Positions 1 to 12,078 are shown, numbered from the whole stretch's first letter. The stretch is DNA of 63,691 nt, filler included, from Lenisia limosa (GCA_001655205.1; 13 parts of 13 records of this genome joined end to end with filler, not necessarily neighbours in it), one strand, 5' to 3'. Numbers and translations: made by a program. Notes: generated by a model from the letters alone, not told the origin.

Positions 1-111
1 AGTCATCGGTTTTTTAAAAGGCTTAATTTCTCCATAAATCCTCGAAAACTATCTATTTGACCGGTCTTTTTTGAACCGAAGAGAAGCCCTAATTATATAC
101 CCACCCCCCAC

Positions 112-1345
112 GTCAGCTGCCTCTCCTAGCTCGGGCTGCTTTGTGTATTGAACGTGCGGCGCTTCGTTATATGGCGTGTTCTGCGGGAAGTAAAATGAAG
201 GAAATTTCGATGACGAATATTGGCTTTAAACTAATCACAAACCGAATAATCTAAACTCCAAACAAACAGGGGGGAGCAAAATTGGACAATTAATGAAACA
301 AAAACAAAAGCCCAAAATCAACTCTATTACAGAAATGAAAACTGTAACACATCCCAGGCGAAAACTCTGAAATCTCAGCAAGATTGAGAAATCTAAGTAT
401 ATCTGGTAGAAAATGAAAAGAATACCCAATGGTTGACCACGGTCGCGATTAGAGCGTCCTCGTCAGTACCTTCATCCCCGTCAAATCCGTCGTAATCAAA
501 GCATACCCCGCCCCCCACTTGAATGGTAATGCAACTTTGCATCATTTCCGACACTTCACCCTAAAACGAATAAAAACGGAAGTATGGTAATCTGTCTGTT
601 TATATTACTTGCAGTATCTCTTCTAACTAGAAACGTCAAGAACTGGCGGTTTAAGTTATTCACATGTTCATTAATTCCCATAGATTGAATGTCATAGTAT
701 ATCATATGATATAGTATTATTGCAATGAGAAATAAAAAATAAGGTTGTATTTGACAGAAGCCGTCCACACCATCANNNNNNNNNNNNNNNNNNNNNNNNN
801 NNNNNNNNNNNNNNNNNNNNNNNNNNNNNNNNNNNNNNNNNNNNNAGAGATAGTATTGAAATATAGTTATTGTTACTCTCAAAGAAAGTTAACCAGTCAT
901 CTATCCAGTAATGTAAAAAGGGGGTGGCAGGTAAATGTACTACTTTTTAAAAAACAAAGTGCATAATACGACCAATATACAGTGACCGGGATAAGTTTTG
1001 ACCTATTTTCCTTGGGAAATCCCAGAGCAAATTGGTCAGGACTTGTCCCGACCACTATAGAGAAATGAGAGAAAAAAAAACGAGGTTGTATCTGGCCGAA
1101 GCCGTCCGCACTATCACCCTTTTAAGAGATATTGAAATAAAATAATATTAATTCCCACAATCATTTGCCTTACAATTCTGCACACAGCCTAATACGAGAA
1201 ATAGCCAAACAAAGAGTCCTAACAAAGAGCCATATCATGAACAAAGACATACCACAATTCCTCCATTGAGTCGCTCCATGAAGGCTATTCCCCCGATGTA
1301 AACGTCCTCGTTGCCTTCCCCGTTATTGACGGGGATGAGGGTGAC
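112..1345 (-). CDS. Multi-exon hypothetical protein, partial at both ends
   Basis: Exons with GT/AG ends: 1345-1254 VTLIPVNNGEGNEDVYIGGIAFMERLNGELW; ~555-430 GEVSEMMQSCITIQVGGGVCFDYDGFDGDEGTDEDALIATVVNHW; 180-112 NTPYNEAPHVQYTKQPELGEAAD. Internal phases not fully resolved. Confidence 0.5.
181..270 (-). mobile_element. Family E 3' half at an acceptor
   Basis: GGAGTTTAGATTATTCGGTTTGTGATTAG...ATCGAAATTTCCTTCATTTTACTTCCCGCAG. Other E copies at 1346-1408(-), 31855-31920(-), 55994-56070(+) and 56120-56244(+). Confidence 0.75.
980..1057. mobile_element. MITE family C (~77 bp, Tc1/mariner-type ends)
   Basis: TA|CAGTGACCGGGATAAGTTTTGACC...GGTCAGGACTTGTCCCGACCACTA|TA. Confidence 0.8.
1058..1189 (-). 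mobile_element. Family B copy
   Basis: Same consensus. Other copies near 710-875(-), 5350-5478(-), 5806-5905(-), 12455(+), 14005(+), 15058(+), 22768(+), 32265-32385(-) and 37135-37250(-). Confidence 0.8.
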
Positions 1346-1823
1346 CTGGGGGGGGGGGGTAAACCGAGGGAAATTTTGATGAAGAAAATTGGCGTAAAGG
1401 TTCTCTANNNNNNNNNNNNNNNNNNNNNNNNNNNNNNNNNNNNNNNNNNNNTTAATTAATTAANNNNNNNNNNNNNNNNNNNNNNNNNNNNNNNNNNNNN
1501 NNNNNNNTTCGACTGCACAGAACACAGCTTCCTTTTCTCTAAACTCCATCATTGGAGGGGTCGGGCTTATTGTTTATCAAATGTGAGAGTGACAAGGATC
1601 CTTAATGCGAAGGAAATCTTGACCGACAATATTGGATTTCTCAGAATAGTCGGGCAGTCTATGATTTTTTTTTTGCGTCATGGTTGTCCTTTCTACCTCT
1701 CCTCCTTGTTTCTTAACTGTTTGAGGCTTGCTTTTATTCTTTATTTTATTATTATTTGTCTCATGATGTCTCCCTTTTTTCTTCATCATATTTCCATGGG
1801 TTTGCCGAAATTTCAACCTGACC

Positions 1824-1915
1824 TGGGCTTTGTTTGTTTTGTTGTCAACCCTCGTGTGTTATCAGCCAACAGAGTTGATTTGGGATTTTTGTTCCAAAAA
1901 TTTTCCAATTTAAAC
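1824..1915 (+). mobile_element. Family D copy directly followed by family E
   Basis: GGGCTTTGTTTG...CCCTCGTGTGTTATCAGCCAACAGAGTTGATTTGGG...TTTTCCAATTTAAAC. Further partial D copies near 278, 9195, 14243, 25035, 31845, 36690, 52830, 56425, 57693 and 61005. Confidence 0.8.
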
Positions 1916-2105
1916 GTTTGGGTGATGGAGCGGTGGTGGGGCTCTGGTGGGGCTCTGGCTTTTGTCTAGTTTCAGCTTTTGTTACTCGTGTTTGTTATTG
2001 CTTGTTTTTTGTTTGTTTGGAGTTTCAGGTTATTCGGTTCGTAATTAGTACCTTTACGCCAATAATCTTCATCAAAATTTCCTTCGTTTTACCCCCCCCC
2101 CCCAG
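1916..2105 (+). mobile_element. Intronic repeat family E, GT...AG copy ending at the EF-hand gene acceptor
   Basis: GTTTGGGTGATGGAGCGGTGG...GGAGTTTCAGGTTATTCGGTTCGTAATTAGTACCTTTACGCCAATAATCTTCATCAAAATTTCCTTCGTTTTAC(C)nAG. Confidence 0.75.
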
Positions 2106-2332
2106 GTTGCCACCGAAAAGCTTCAGGAAGTGATTAAGCTCTTTAGTCTTGAGGTGGACGTAGCACAACTTGTCCGAGAGGCCGACACCGACTCCACTGT
2201 GGGGGGATATAGATGATATGACGTGAAGGTTATATGTCGCGGTTGCCGTATTAGGCATTAATTGCTTTTTGATTGGCACTTACGTATTAGGGATTTATTG
2301 ATTTTGCTGAGTTCAAATCGATGCTGACCTAA
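2106..2332 (+). CDS. EF-hand (calmodulin/centrin-like) protein, last two exons
   Basis: Exons 2106-2198 and 2291-2332 join in frame to VATEKLQEVIKLFSLEVDVAQLVREADTDST|GFIDFAEFKSMLT*, which contains a canonical 12-residue EF loop (DTDSTGFIDFAE). 5' exons not resolved. Confidence 0.8.
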
Positions 2333-2829
2333 ATGTTCCCGGCCATCTCTTACCCAATCTACCCTGCTGAAATAATGGCGGATGTAACGTAAAAATTGTT
2401 GTGGTTTCTGTATTATTTATTGCTTTCTTTCCGAATAGTATGGCGAGTCATATCCACATATATGTGATTATTTACCCGCATTTAGCCCTGGGAATTTCAA
2501 GAGAGAAGTTTTTTTTGTACTATACCTTGTATATTTGAAACAGGTACACAAAAAACACACCAGGTATTTACCTGAACATTCATACATGGCTTCATCAGAA
2601 CAGTGTAATGGAACCCGGGGTTCCCTTTTCGTTTGAAAAAAATAAATAAAAAAAAAATCAAAATACCAGAACTACTTATTTTGGGTTGACAGTGGGTTAA
2701 CATTTATAGAATCAGTAAAAGGAGAATTACGCCAACACGCAATAGGCAGATAGGTATCGTACCAGCTAAGCCCCAGGATATAGACCCGCCTTGAATTAGA
2801 AATCAGTGATCCAGCTTATCTAAACCAAG

Positions 2830-5306
2830 ATGAGTGCCATTGAGCAGTATAGCTCCAGTGATGACGACGACATGGACAATGCCACCATGGCGCATTACAA
2901 CGACTCGGCAAGCAATGCGGAGTCTTCAGAAAGCGAAAGCGAGAAGGAGCAGATCGACGTGTCTGAAGTGGGTGGTGTCTGCGAGAGGAAGGCTGTTGCT
3001 TACCTTATAGCTTTCTTTTGCTGAACGGAAGAAGTTAGAAGACGAGGGAGGCGTGAAGGTAGAGAAGAAGGCCTCAGGATTCAAGAAGAGACAAACTCGT
3101 GGGTCTTCTGGCCGCCTTTTTAGGCCTATTTGTCTTAACATTACAATTAAACTCACCATTCAACAGCTAAGCAGCCTGAGCGCGAAAGAAAGTCGAAAAA
3201 CGATCATCGGTAGCTCAAAAATACTCTTCAATTATTCCTGTTTAAGTCTTCTTTTGGTGCCTCTAGTTACAATCTTTCTTGGTTGTATCGTATTTTGTTT
3301 TCAATCTGTTCAGTGTTTGGTGTCCTTTCCTTATGTTCTATTTGGTATTGAGAAGACTGAGTGTTTGCTTGTATCTTTTCATAGTCACAAAAGAAGAAGT
3401 TTCTCAAAGAAGTTTTCTGTGTTTGATTCGATTGGTTTCTTTTATGAATATGACTGTTTCTCTATGTACCAGGTTGTATAAAGTGTGATATGAATGAGAC
3501 TCTTTAGAAATAGGGACTCTATTCTTATTATCTCAGTTGTCATTTTTAAGCCAATAAATTAGTACATATCTCATTTCCCTCACCGTTTAGGCCGATTGAA
3601 GTGTCGTCAAAGAAGCGTGTGAGTACTTTGAGGAACGTAGTTGACAATGTCAGAAAGGTGGGTTTTGAGGATGGGTTGTAGTTCCAACTTGATTTGTGGC
3701 CAAATCCAAATAATATAATACGAAGGGTACGGGCAGCGTATTACAATCTCGGCTGGATACTGTGACCATAAGTAAAGCATTGAAATTGGGCATTTTCTTC
3801 TTCATTGTAGAATATTATGAAAACGTTAATCTCTGAGAAAGCCGGATAAGTCTAGCTATCAGTGTAGTTTCTCATTTTAACATGAGATGAAAGATACTGT
3901 ATATTGGGCTTCACTTTGGTCCGAGAAAAGACTAAATTTCTCGATAAACCCTCCAAAAATATTGAAACTTCATCTGTCCCTAGTAAGACCAAAGTGAAGC
4001 CCGAAATATGCCACTGCTTTATTTTTTTGGGATGCTTGGTGAAGTTCACTCTTTTCGAGATGATTTGTAATATTCTTTGATAATCTTTCATGCTGGGGAG
4101 TCAAGCAGAAAGCTGTGCACACAACAAATGACTGGGTGATTTAATATTATACTATAATCCAATATCTCTTATAAGTGTGATTGTGGTCAGCTTCGGTCAG
4201 ATACTACCTCATTTTTATTTCTCATTGCTATATATTATATGCATATGTAATATTGACTATTTAGAAAACTTTGGACCCTCGATTTATGGCCCACGCTGGA
4301 AAAGTCAATACCCATGAAATTAGACAGCATTATGAATTTGTGGACAAAATGAGAGAGGACGAGGTCGGTTTTTGTTGCTTATTAACAAGTTTTTTATTGG
4401 TGCTTTTTAAATATGTTATAGTGTTTGAAATTTTATTACCGTGAAACAGTCATAGTTATTGTTCCCTTCTGATTCTGCAGCTAGCAGCAGTGAGGAAGGA
4501 ATTCAAAAAGGCCAAGGGGGCAAATAAGGCCAGATTGGAGCGCAAAATGCAGGCATTGGTAGGCTTGTGTTTTGTTAAACATAAAGTATACACAGAGCAT
4601 CAGATGATATGTATAACATTATAAGCTTCATACATGACTCTTTTTATTGATGAAATAGTTACAACAATGTGATTAATTACAAATCTTTTGCTATTGACCC
4701 GAATAGCAAAACAAGGTCGCCCAAGTGCACAATGACAAGCGGAATTTGAAGGTTAAACAAGAGCTATTCAAAAAGGAGAGGATATCCGTTGAGGGTGGCA
4801 AGAAGCCTTACTTCTTCAAAAAAGGTGAGTTCCCTGTGAGACTGATAACTTTCAAATGCCACGTTACCCCATTCTGTACAAATAATTCCTGGGGTTTCCT
4901 TCGGTCAATGGCCTAAAAAAAAACTTGAATTTTGGAGGTTTTGTCGTGATATTCGGTCTTTTTTTGGACTGTAGTGAAGCCCGAATCTAATATCGAGATG
5001 AGCTCTTACATTTTCAGCTGATATCAAGAAGGCTCAGCTCATGGCTAAATTTGACGAGCTGAAGAAGAGTGGAAAGCTGAACAGAGTGGGTTTTTCTGCT
5101 ATTAGGCTATGTCATGCTTCAATACATCCAGAGCTCTCTTCTGTGATATTGTGATCTGAGCGTGATACTCCCCCTTATTATTAATTTATCATTCCGCGTT
5201 TCAACACTATGAAATACTAATATACATGCATCTCACTGTTCAGCACATGGAAAAGAGGCGGAAGAGAACTGCTGCCAAGGACCGCAACTTCATCAACACA
5301 GACTGA
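2830..5306 (+). CDS. RRP36: rRNA biogenesis protein RRP36 (multi-exon)
   Basis: Acidic N-terminus, then exons PIEVSSKKRVSTLRNVV, KTLDPRFMAHAGKVNTHEIRQHYEFVDKMREDE, GGKKPYFFKK, AKFDELKKSGKLNR, HMEKRRKRTAAKDRNFINTD*. These match the recalled Rrp36 motifs (SSKKPV, DPRF, GKKPFFLKK, KL.KY.EKRRK). Confidence 0.9.
3906..4002. mobile_element. MITE family A (~95 bp)
   Basis: TIR GGGCTTCACTT(C/T)GGT...ACC(G/A)AAGTGAAGCCC with internal AATTTCTCGATAAATCCTCGAAAA. Confidence 0.85.
4111..4232 (+). mobile_element. Family B copy in an RRP36 intron
   Basis: Same consensus; ends ~30 nt upstream of the acceptor. Confidence 0.8.
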
Positions 5307-5681
5307 GGTGTTCTATCCGTTTGTTCCAGTGGGGGGATACGATACATATTATAGCAATGAGAAACACAAAATAAAGTTGTATTTGGCCAGCCGTCCGCCA
5401 TCACGCTTATAAGAGATATCGAATTTTAGAATACTATTAATTCACACAAACATTTGCCTTGACTCTGTGCATCCAGCTTTCTGCGTGTCTCGACGCTGGG
5501 GTGAGATGAATATTGGAAAGAGGGGGGGGTGATGTTTGAGGGATTAGGCTCACTCTGATCACCTTAACGACTTATCTTCCGATAGTACTATTGACTGTGA
5601 ATGAGAAGATGGACCTATTTTTCAAATACACTGAGCGGATGAATCAAATGAGAATGATATTCTTTACATTTCAGATCGCCG

Positions 5682-6647
5682 TTATTCAAGGATGGCTTTG
5701 AGGTAACTGATGTCATAATGTAATTTGATTCCAAGGTAACAGTCTGTCTGGATATGTACACATATCATATATTACGTACAAATGTATTAATCCATGGCTA
5801 ATGTAGATAGCAATGAGAGATAAAAAACTATGGTGTATCTGGCAGAAGCCGTCCAACGCTAAGGGATCTTGAATTAATATTTTATAGTAATTCAACCAAT
5901 GATGGATAATAAGCAATTCGTCACTGTTGGAAAACAGTACAATAATAAATAATAAGAACGGGAAACAAAGCTAGAAAAGACAAAAGAGACCAATGCGGCT
6001 ATATGATAGTTCGGTAGGGGGGAGGAGACAACGACCGGTCTGAACGGGGGGATGGCGTTCGCGTGTCCAACGGCACTACCTGGGGGAGGAGGTAAAATGG
6101 GAATCACACACGAGGGATTAAAATGGGGGGGGGGGGGGNNNNNNNNNNNNNNNNNNNNNNNNNNNNNNNNNNNNNNNNNNNNNNNNNNNNNNNNNNNNNN
6201 NNNNNNNNNNNNNNNNNNNNNNNNNNNNNNNNNNNNNNNNNNNNNNNNNNNNNNGGAGCAACCAACGCTAAAACTAGGGTGTAAGGGAGTGAGTGTACTT
6301 CATTAAGTTGAATCACACAATTTATTGATAATCAACAATGATAGTCAATATCTTGTCATTTATCAATTGAAATGAAATGATCGATATGATGATAGTAATT
6401 AGCCTTTTCTTCATCAGATTTTGTCGCTTTAACGGTCTCTCACTACGTACATATAAATTACACAAACCTGGGGATCCAAAGACGGGCCTCGTCTCGGCTC
6501 CGGGAAAGGCGTGTCATCGAACATGGGGAGGAGGGTGTTGATAAGGATGTCGTACGTGATGCCCCAAAGTCGCGTTGGCGCGAAGGACGCGAAGGGAATG
6601 TATAATCCGGAGGGGTTGGGAAGGTAGCAGTCCGGGGTAACGGGGTT
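5682..6647 (-). CDS. Hypothetical protein, 3' exons
   Basis: Exon 6647-6468 NPVTPDCYLPNPSGLYIPFASFAPTRLWGITYDILINTLLPMF...; exon ~6087-5992 SAVGHANAIPPFRPVVVSSPLPNYHIAAL; exon ~5747-5682 TDCYLGIKLHYDISYLKAILE*. An N gap hides an intermediate exon. LWGITYDIL weakly recalls the Nudix CoA-pyrophosphatase C-terminus. Confidence 0.5.
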
Positions 6648-8509
6648 CTGAAGAAATGAGAAGGTAACGATAAACAAGATTTCACTAGAACAGCAAAAAT
6701 GGCTGATATAATTTCAAACAAAAATACGTGAAAAAAATCACAAAAGAGGATGACCCCCCCCCCTCTCTCCTCACCCCCTCGCATCCATACAGTGTTTCAA
6801 AAACAACCCAGAAAACAATAATATTGTCAAAAACAAAACAACAAAAAAGAAAACAAAATTCAATAACCAGAGCAACCAGCGCCCAGCGGCAAAGTTTGAG
6901 GGGGGGGAGGAGGGGGAGGAGTGCTTTGTGGGCTGGGAAAAGATAGTCCGCTGCAATGTCATGGATTCCACACTGCTTTAACACCACTAGACTGATGCTA
7001 TTATCTTCAGAAATGAGAGTGTATGAAGTTACAACCGCCTTTGACATGCCAAAGAGGACTGNNNNNNNNNNNNNNNNNNNNNNNNNNNNNNNNNNNNNNN
7101 NNNNNNNNNNNNNNNNNNNNNNNNNNNNNNNNNNNNNNNNNNNNNNNNNNNNNNNNNNNNNNNNNNNNNNNNNNNNNNNNNNNNNNNNNNGCTCAAACAG
7201 TCAATTAGATGCTACGCGTTTCAAAATATTTTTCTCACATTGAGCACACCATCACTTTGGTATGCTATTTGTTTGGTTCAGTTATTTTGGTGAGCAAGCA
7301 CAAGATTGGTTTTCACATACCCTTGTGGTAAACTGGGCGATAAGGGTGGTTGCTATACCAATTCATCTGTTTCTCAGTAATTGAACATGCTAAAGCTCCG
7401 TGTCTTGAGTAGAGTTATTTGTGAACAATGGGGAAGGCCATTTTGTGTGACTATTGCCGCAAATTCACAGTTCCGCATACTATGTCTCCAGCAGTGCGTC
7501 TCTGCTCCATCTGTGTACCGAACAACAACATCAAAGTTGATATGAAAAAAATATCGTCCATTCTACTTCCCCCAAATTTCCATCTACTTTACCATGCAAT
7601 TCGTGCTACAACCAGCATATAGGTGGAGGAGCTTTGTTTCCTCTTACTCATCACTGAAGAACATTTGTTCTTCCGTCTTCTCCCTCTCCCGATGGATTAC
7701 TTCGTTTCCGAAGTCATTCCTACGACGAGCATTCAGAGTACAACAATGTTGCTTGTGTGCTGCCCACCAAGCATGAATTTCCTTCAAAGTGGTTCTGTTT
7801 GGAAACAATATTCGTTAGGATAAGGTATTTTCAAGGTTTGATTTGATTTTTTGACTTCTTTTTTCCGATATACATTTTCGTCCCATCATTGCGGAATACG
7901 GAACAATCCAAGAGTTCGCACTCGCCTGCCTACTGGAACGTTTGCACTAAAAATGACCCCTGAGCAAGCAGGGCATGAATTCAGAAGGGTAAATACATTC
8001 AATGAAGACATGCACTTTTTGAAAGGGGCTGGGATAAATTTTCCAGCGAGAAGAATGACCGCAGCAGCGCACGCCGATTTTCAAACCTTGCAGATACTGG
8101 CTTTGATGAAATTTTCACTTGTTCCTTTCAATTACAGTTGTTCCCCCGTCTAATTACACTTGTCCCACTTTTCTTCTCTAGATGAAGAGAGCGGCGAAGC
8201 AGAGGGATAGTATGAATTTGTTTTTGGTATATCCAGACTATTGTGTGCCAAGGTTGTTTTTATATTTCTTCCTGTGACCAGCAATGGACTTAGTCCAAAG
8301 CCTCAGTTGCTCTGAGGTGCAGAGAAAAAGTAATGCTAAATAATTTTGGCATAATGCCACGAACAGAACAATAAAATAAAAAAAATCAATAATAATATAA
8401 ATAAAAAAAATAAAAACCATAACCGTAACCATAATATCAAGGTAAAATTTAAACATAAAAGAGAATAACAAAAACAAAAAACATGATAATAAACGAAAAC
8501 CCCGCAAAC

Positions 8510-8851
8510 ATTTCGCTCATCAACGAGGGACTTCAGAGTCACCAAGCTAATATCGCTAACTTCGTCGGGATCGGGAGTGCAGATGGAAAGGAGTGAAATT
8601 TGGTCGGAAAGAAGAACGCCAGAGGCAATACTTTCCTAACGTGGTAAATAGTTCCAAAAAGGTTTATTTACCTGGGCTGCGGGCTGGGACTCCAGGGACT
8701 TCTCCTGACTCCTGACGTCATCAAATCTCTGGTGGCCTGGGGTGGCAGCAAGAGGAGACGTACGCACAACCTTTTTCGGAAATATGGGGGCCTTGGGACA
8801 GGATAATCTGGGCTTTTCTGGCGATGTAGGGGCGAAGCCGAAAACCGTCTC
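8510..8851 (-). CDS. Two in-phase exons of an unidentified protein
   Basis: ETVFGFAPTSPEKPRLSCPKAPIFPKKVVRTSPLAATPGHQRFDDVRSQEKSLESQPAAQ|ESIASGVLLSDQISLLSICTPDPDEVSDISLVTLKSLVDERN; GT/AG flanks; truncated by a linker gap. Confidence 0.45.
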
Positions 8852-9022
8852 CTGCANNNNNNNNNNNNNNNNNNNNNNNNNNNNNNNNNNNNNNNNNNNN
8901 TTAATTAATTAANNNNNNNNNNNNNNNNNNNNNNNNNNNNNNNNNNNNNNNNNNNNTAATATGAATATAATCTATCTGTACACATATCAGTATTTATACG
9001 ACAACCAATCCCCTCCCCCCAC

Positions 9023-11818
9023 CTGCTGCTGGAGGCGGCGCAAGAGATCACCCTCAATTTTCATTTCTGACGTTGACGTTGCGAGTCTTGACTTCTTTGA
9101 GGTTGGCTCATCCTGAAGGGATTGAGAGTTTGTTGGAATACATAAACAAGAAAACCAACCCTATGGATTCATGTAACAACAACAGCGGGTGGGGGGGAGG
9201 TGGAAATTGGAACTATATGAAACAAACAAAGCCCGCTTCTGCAGCACCGCATCCCATCACTGTGGCGGGTGGAAAAGCAAANNNNNNNNNNNNNNNNNNN
9301 NNNNNNNNNNNNNNNNNNNNNNNNNNNNNNNNNNNNNNNNNNNNNNNNNNNNNNNNNNNNNNNNNNNNNNNNNNNNNNNNNNNNNNNNNNNNNNNNNNNN
9401 NNNNNNNNNNNNNNNNNNNNNNNNNNNNNNNNNNNNNNNNNNNNNNNNNNNNNNNNNNNNNNNNNNNNNNNNNNNNNNNNNNNNNNNNNNNNNNNNNNGT
9501 CTAAAGTACTGAAATTTTGATAAATCCTCAAAAAATGTGTCCTTTTGCCCCAATTATGTGTAACCAAAAACAAGACAAGATTCAATCAGAAGTGTTGATT
9601 CCTCATGAGGTTGTGTTGCCCCCCCCCCCACCTGCAAGGTTGTCACCGGTATCCTTGAAGCCCTTATAACCAAGCTTCTTCGCATAGCTGTGGCGTGAAA
9701 TGTGGCATGAAATGTGGTGTGAAATGTGGCGTGAAAATTAATCATCAGAGTACCCCCCACTCAACTAGTCAATTTCATCTTGCTCCTTCTGAATGCCNNN
9801 NNNNNNNNNNNNNNNNNNNNNNNNNNNNNNNNNNNNNNNNNNNNNNNNNNNNNNNNTTGGACTTGCCATCTGCGCCCACCAGGCCCTATAGGTGAAATTA
9901 TTAATGTGACAATAAAGGAGATAGCCCTGGAGCTTTACAACGTTTCCAGAAAAGGGATTTGTATTATTAGGTCTTAGGTTCCAATCACACACATTATCAC
10001 ACGCAACACAATTCTGTGAGACAAAAGCCCAAAAAAAGGTGAGACTATTCTGTGTTGGCCCAATATACTGTGACCGGGATAAGACTTGACCGATTTGTTC
10101 CCGGATTAGAACAGTGTACATCTACCAACCTGGGACTGAAGTTTCTTCAGGAGGTCACCTTCAATCTTGAGTGCGGAAGTTGATGCGGTCTTCTTTTTCT
10201 TGTCGTCAGTTTTGACTGGCTTGGTGGCGGGTTTTGGAGCAGGTGCAGCTTGTTGTTCTGGGGGGAGGGGGGTAAATGAGAATTCATAGAACACCCCCCC
10301 CCCCTAAGCAACACGTGCACTCTTGGCTCAACACGCAGACTAGAGCTTCCAGTCGATTACAAAAAAGAGAGGGCTATCGATCCTGTTTGGAACCTCTGTG
10401 AATCTCACACGTGCCACCGGCAAGTACAATGTTCCCTTTTACCTTTCTTTTCCTTTTTCGCCTTTTTTGACTGATTGTGGGCCTTTTCTCTCTCAACTTG
10501 CGCGGCTTCCTCCTGTTGTCTCTTCAGGTCCTGAGAGAATTGAATAAAAGATTATCATTTCTAAACAAATGAACAAATATACAGTGATGTTGTTGACCGA
10601 TTTTCCTTGGGAAATCACATAGCAAAACAACAGTCAAGATTTATCCTAGTCACTGTACATTTCGATATCTATCGAGACTTTATTGAAGAAAAGCAGTCTT
10701 TTCCGCTACATACTAAAAACTTAGTACATATGTGGCCGTTAAAAATTCTGGGTTTTTTTCGCTAATTCTGGTTATTTTTCTCGTTTATGTTTTGAATTAG
10801 GGTATTTTTTGTATTATTATTATCAAGTATCTCCTTAGAATCCCTATTAATCAACAAATAGGCTCAAAGGGATTCAAAGTTTGAAATTTTGGCTTAGGGT
10901 CACCAAAGTCAAAATCATTTTTTACTTCTAATTTTGCGAAATAAACACAATATGTTCCTATTTTGGTGAATATCTTAAAAAAAAAAAAAGCAAAATTACT
11001 CGAGAAAACCAAAATTAGCGAAAAAAAAAACAGAATTTTGAACGGCAGATTGTCTCCGATATCATATATTAAAAGAGACATTTGCTGTTGTAATATTTCT
11101 GTGGTTTTCTTTTCTTGTTCTATTTTAATAGCCATACCATACACGTTGTTGAAAGTAGCTCTTGTTATTTATTTATTCACAAATAATTGACCCATTACAG
11201 TGTGAAATGAAATTCCGCATGTAATCCCTAATTTTTCCCTCCAAATTTAAGAAAAAGAATATGTGATGCCAAGAGAAGCCTCATTCCATAATGAAAGAAT
11301 TTATTAGAAGGACCGAGAAATATGTGACCTTTTCTTGTCGTAAAATGATAATGTTTTTATTTTGATGACTTTGAAAATAGTCTTGATGAGCTTTCTTCTT
11401 TACCAAAGGCTTTAAAGCGTAACAAAATAACGCGAAAAAAACATCATCCTTATTCGGCCCAAGAAAATAATAGGCTGTACGCATAAAGATGACTCTTTGT
11501 TTTTTATTTTCATATATGTCCGTATTTTACCAGGAACAGGGGCAATTTAGACCATCATCACCCCACCTTAACCTGTCTTGACTCAGCGAAGTATTCCTTG
11601 CGACCAGCTTTTTTCTCCTGCCGCTTCTGCTTCCTAAGGTCTTTTCTCGCCGAAAGGGACTTCTTAACTAAAGAAGGCGTACTAGAAGAGTCTTCAGAGG
11701 TGATCCCGATCTGTTCCCTGAGACCCTCGGGAATATAAGGACGAAATCCTCCTTTACGGCCCTTAGAACGACCTCCGCCTCCTCCTCGGCCACCACCACG
11801 TCCTCCACCTCTGCCCAT
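9023..11818 (-). CDS. Probable NOM1/Sgd1-like nucleolar protein, N-terminal part
   Basis: MGRGGGRGG...YIPEGLREQIG...ARKDLRKQKRQEKK and a later exon YAKKLGYKGFKDTGDNLA resemble the Sgd1/NOM1 N-terminal pattern (LP..L..E.G...SRK..RK..R..KK; EKKLG...DGL). MIF4G/MA3 domains not seen before the gap. Confidence 0.5.
10582..10655. mobile_element. MITE family C
   Basis: TA|CAGTGA...GTCACTG|TA. A short copy also lies at 10068-10116. Confidence 0.75.
10735..11046. mobile_element. ~310-bp foldback element; related sequence at 27197-27365
   Basis: ~50-bp imperfect TIRs GCCGTTAAAAATTCTG.../...CAGAATTTTGAACGGC. 10725-10895 is the reverse complement of 27197-27365. Confidence 0.7.
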
Positions 11819-12078
11819 CCCGCTTATTTATCTCTGCAAGGTCTGTCTGAAGAAGATTTCCAATTTATCACTTTTAGATAGCAGGAAATAAACTCTGATT
11901 TAGTTACTTAGCGGTGTGGTAAGGATTGATTTTTTCATCAGAAACTATTTATTCGCGGCCCCGGACCGGTACTACTTCACTCCAGATTTTTGGCATAACA
12001 GGCCTTTACTGACCAGATACTCACCTGATACTACTACTTTTGTTTAAGTTTGAATAGTTGGATTTGCTAAAGTCCACA
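11819..12078. promoter_or_regulatory. Putative bidirectional promoter between the NOM1-like gene and UTP11
   Basis: 260-bp spacer between divergent start codons. Inferred from gene geometry only. Confidence 0.5.

Noticed and set aside
1055-1173. Family B appearing as a self-contained GTAAG...TAG intron
   Set aside because: The terminal AG here comes from the adjacent MITE C end; other B copies lack it.
1452-1463. TTAATTAATTAA palindrome inside N runs, 12 times (also ~8901, 15775, 18558, 26096, 28209, 37557, 38807, 51663, 53243, 55900, 58221)
   Set aside because: Always centred in ~100-bp N blocks. It is an artificial six-frame stop linker from assembly, not biology; adjacency across these gaps is unproven.
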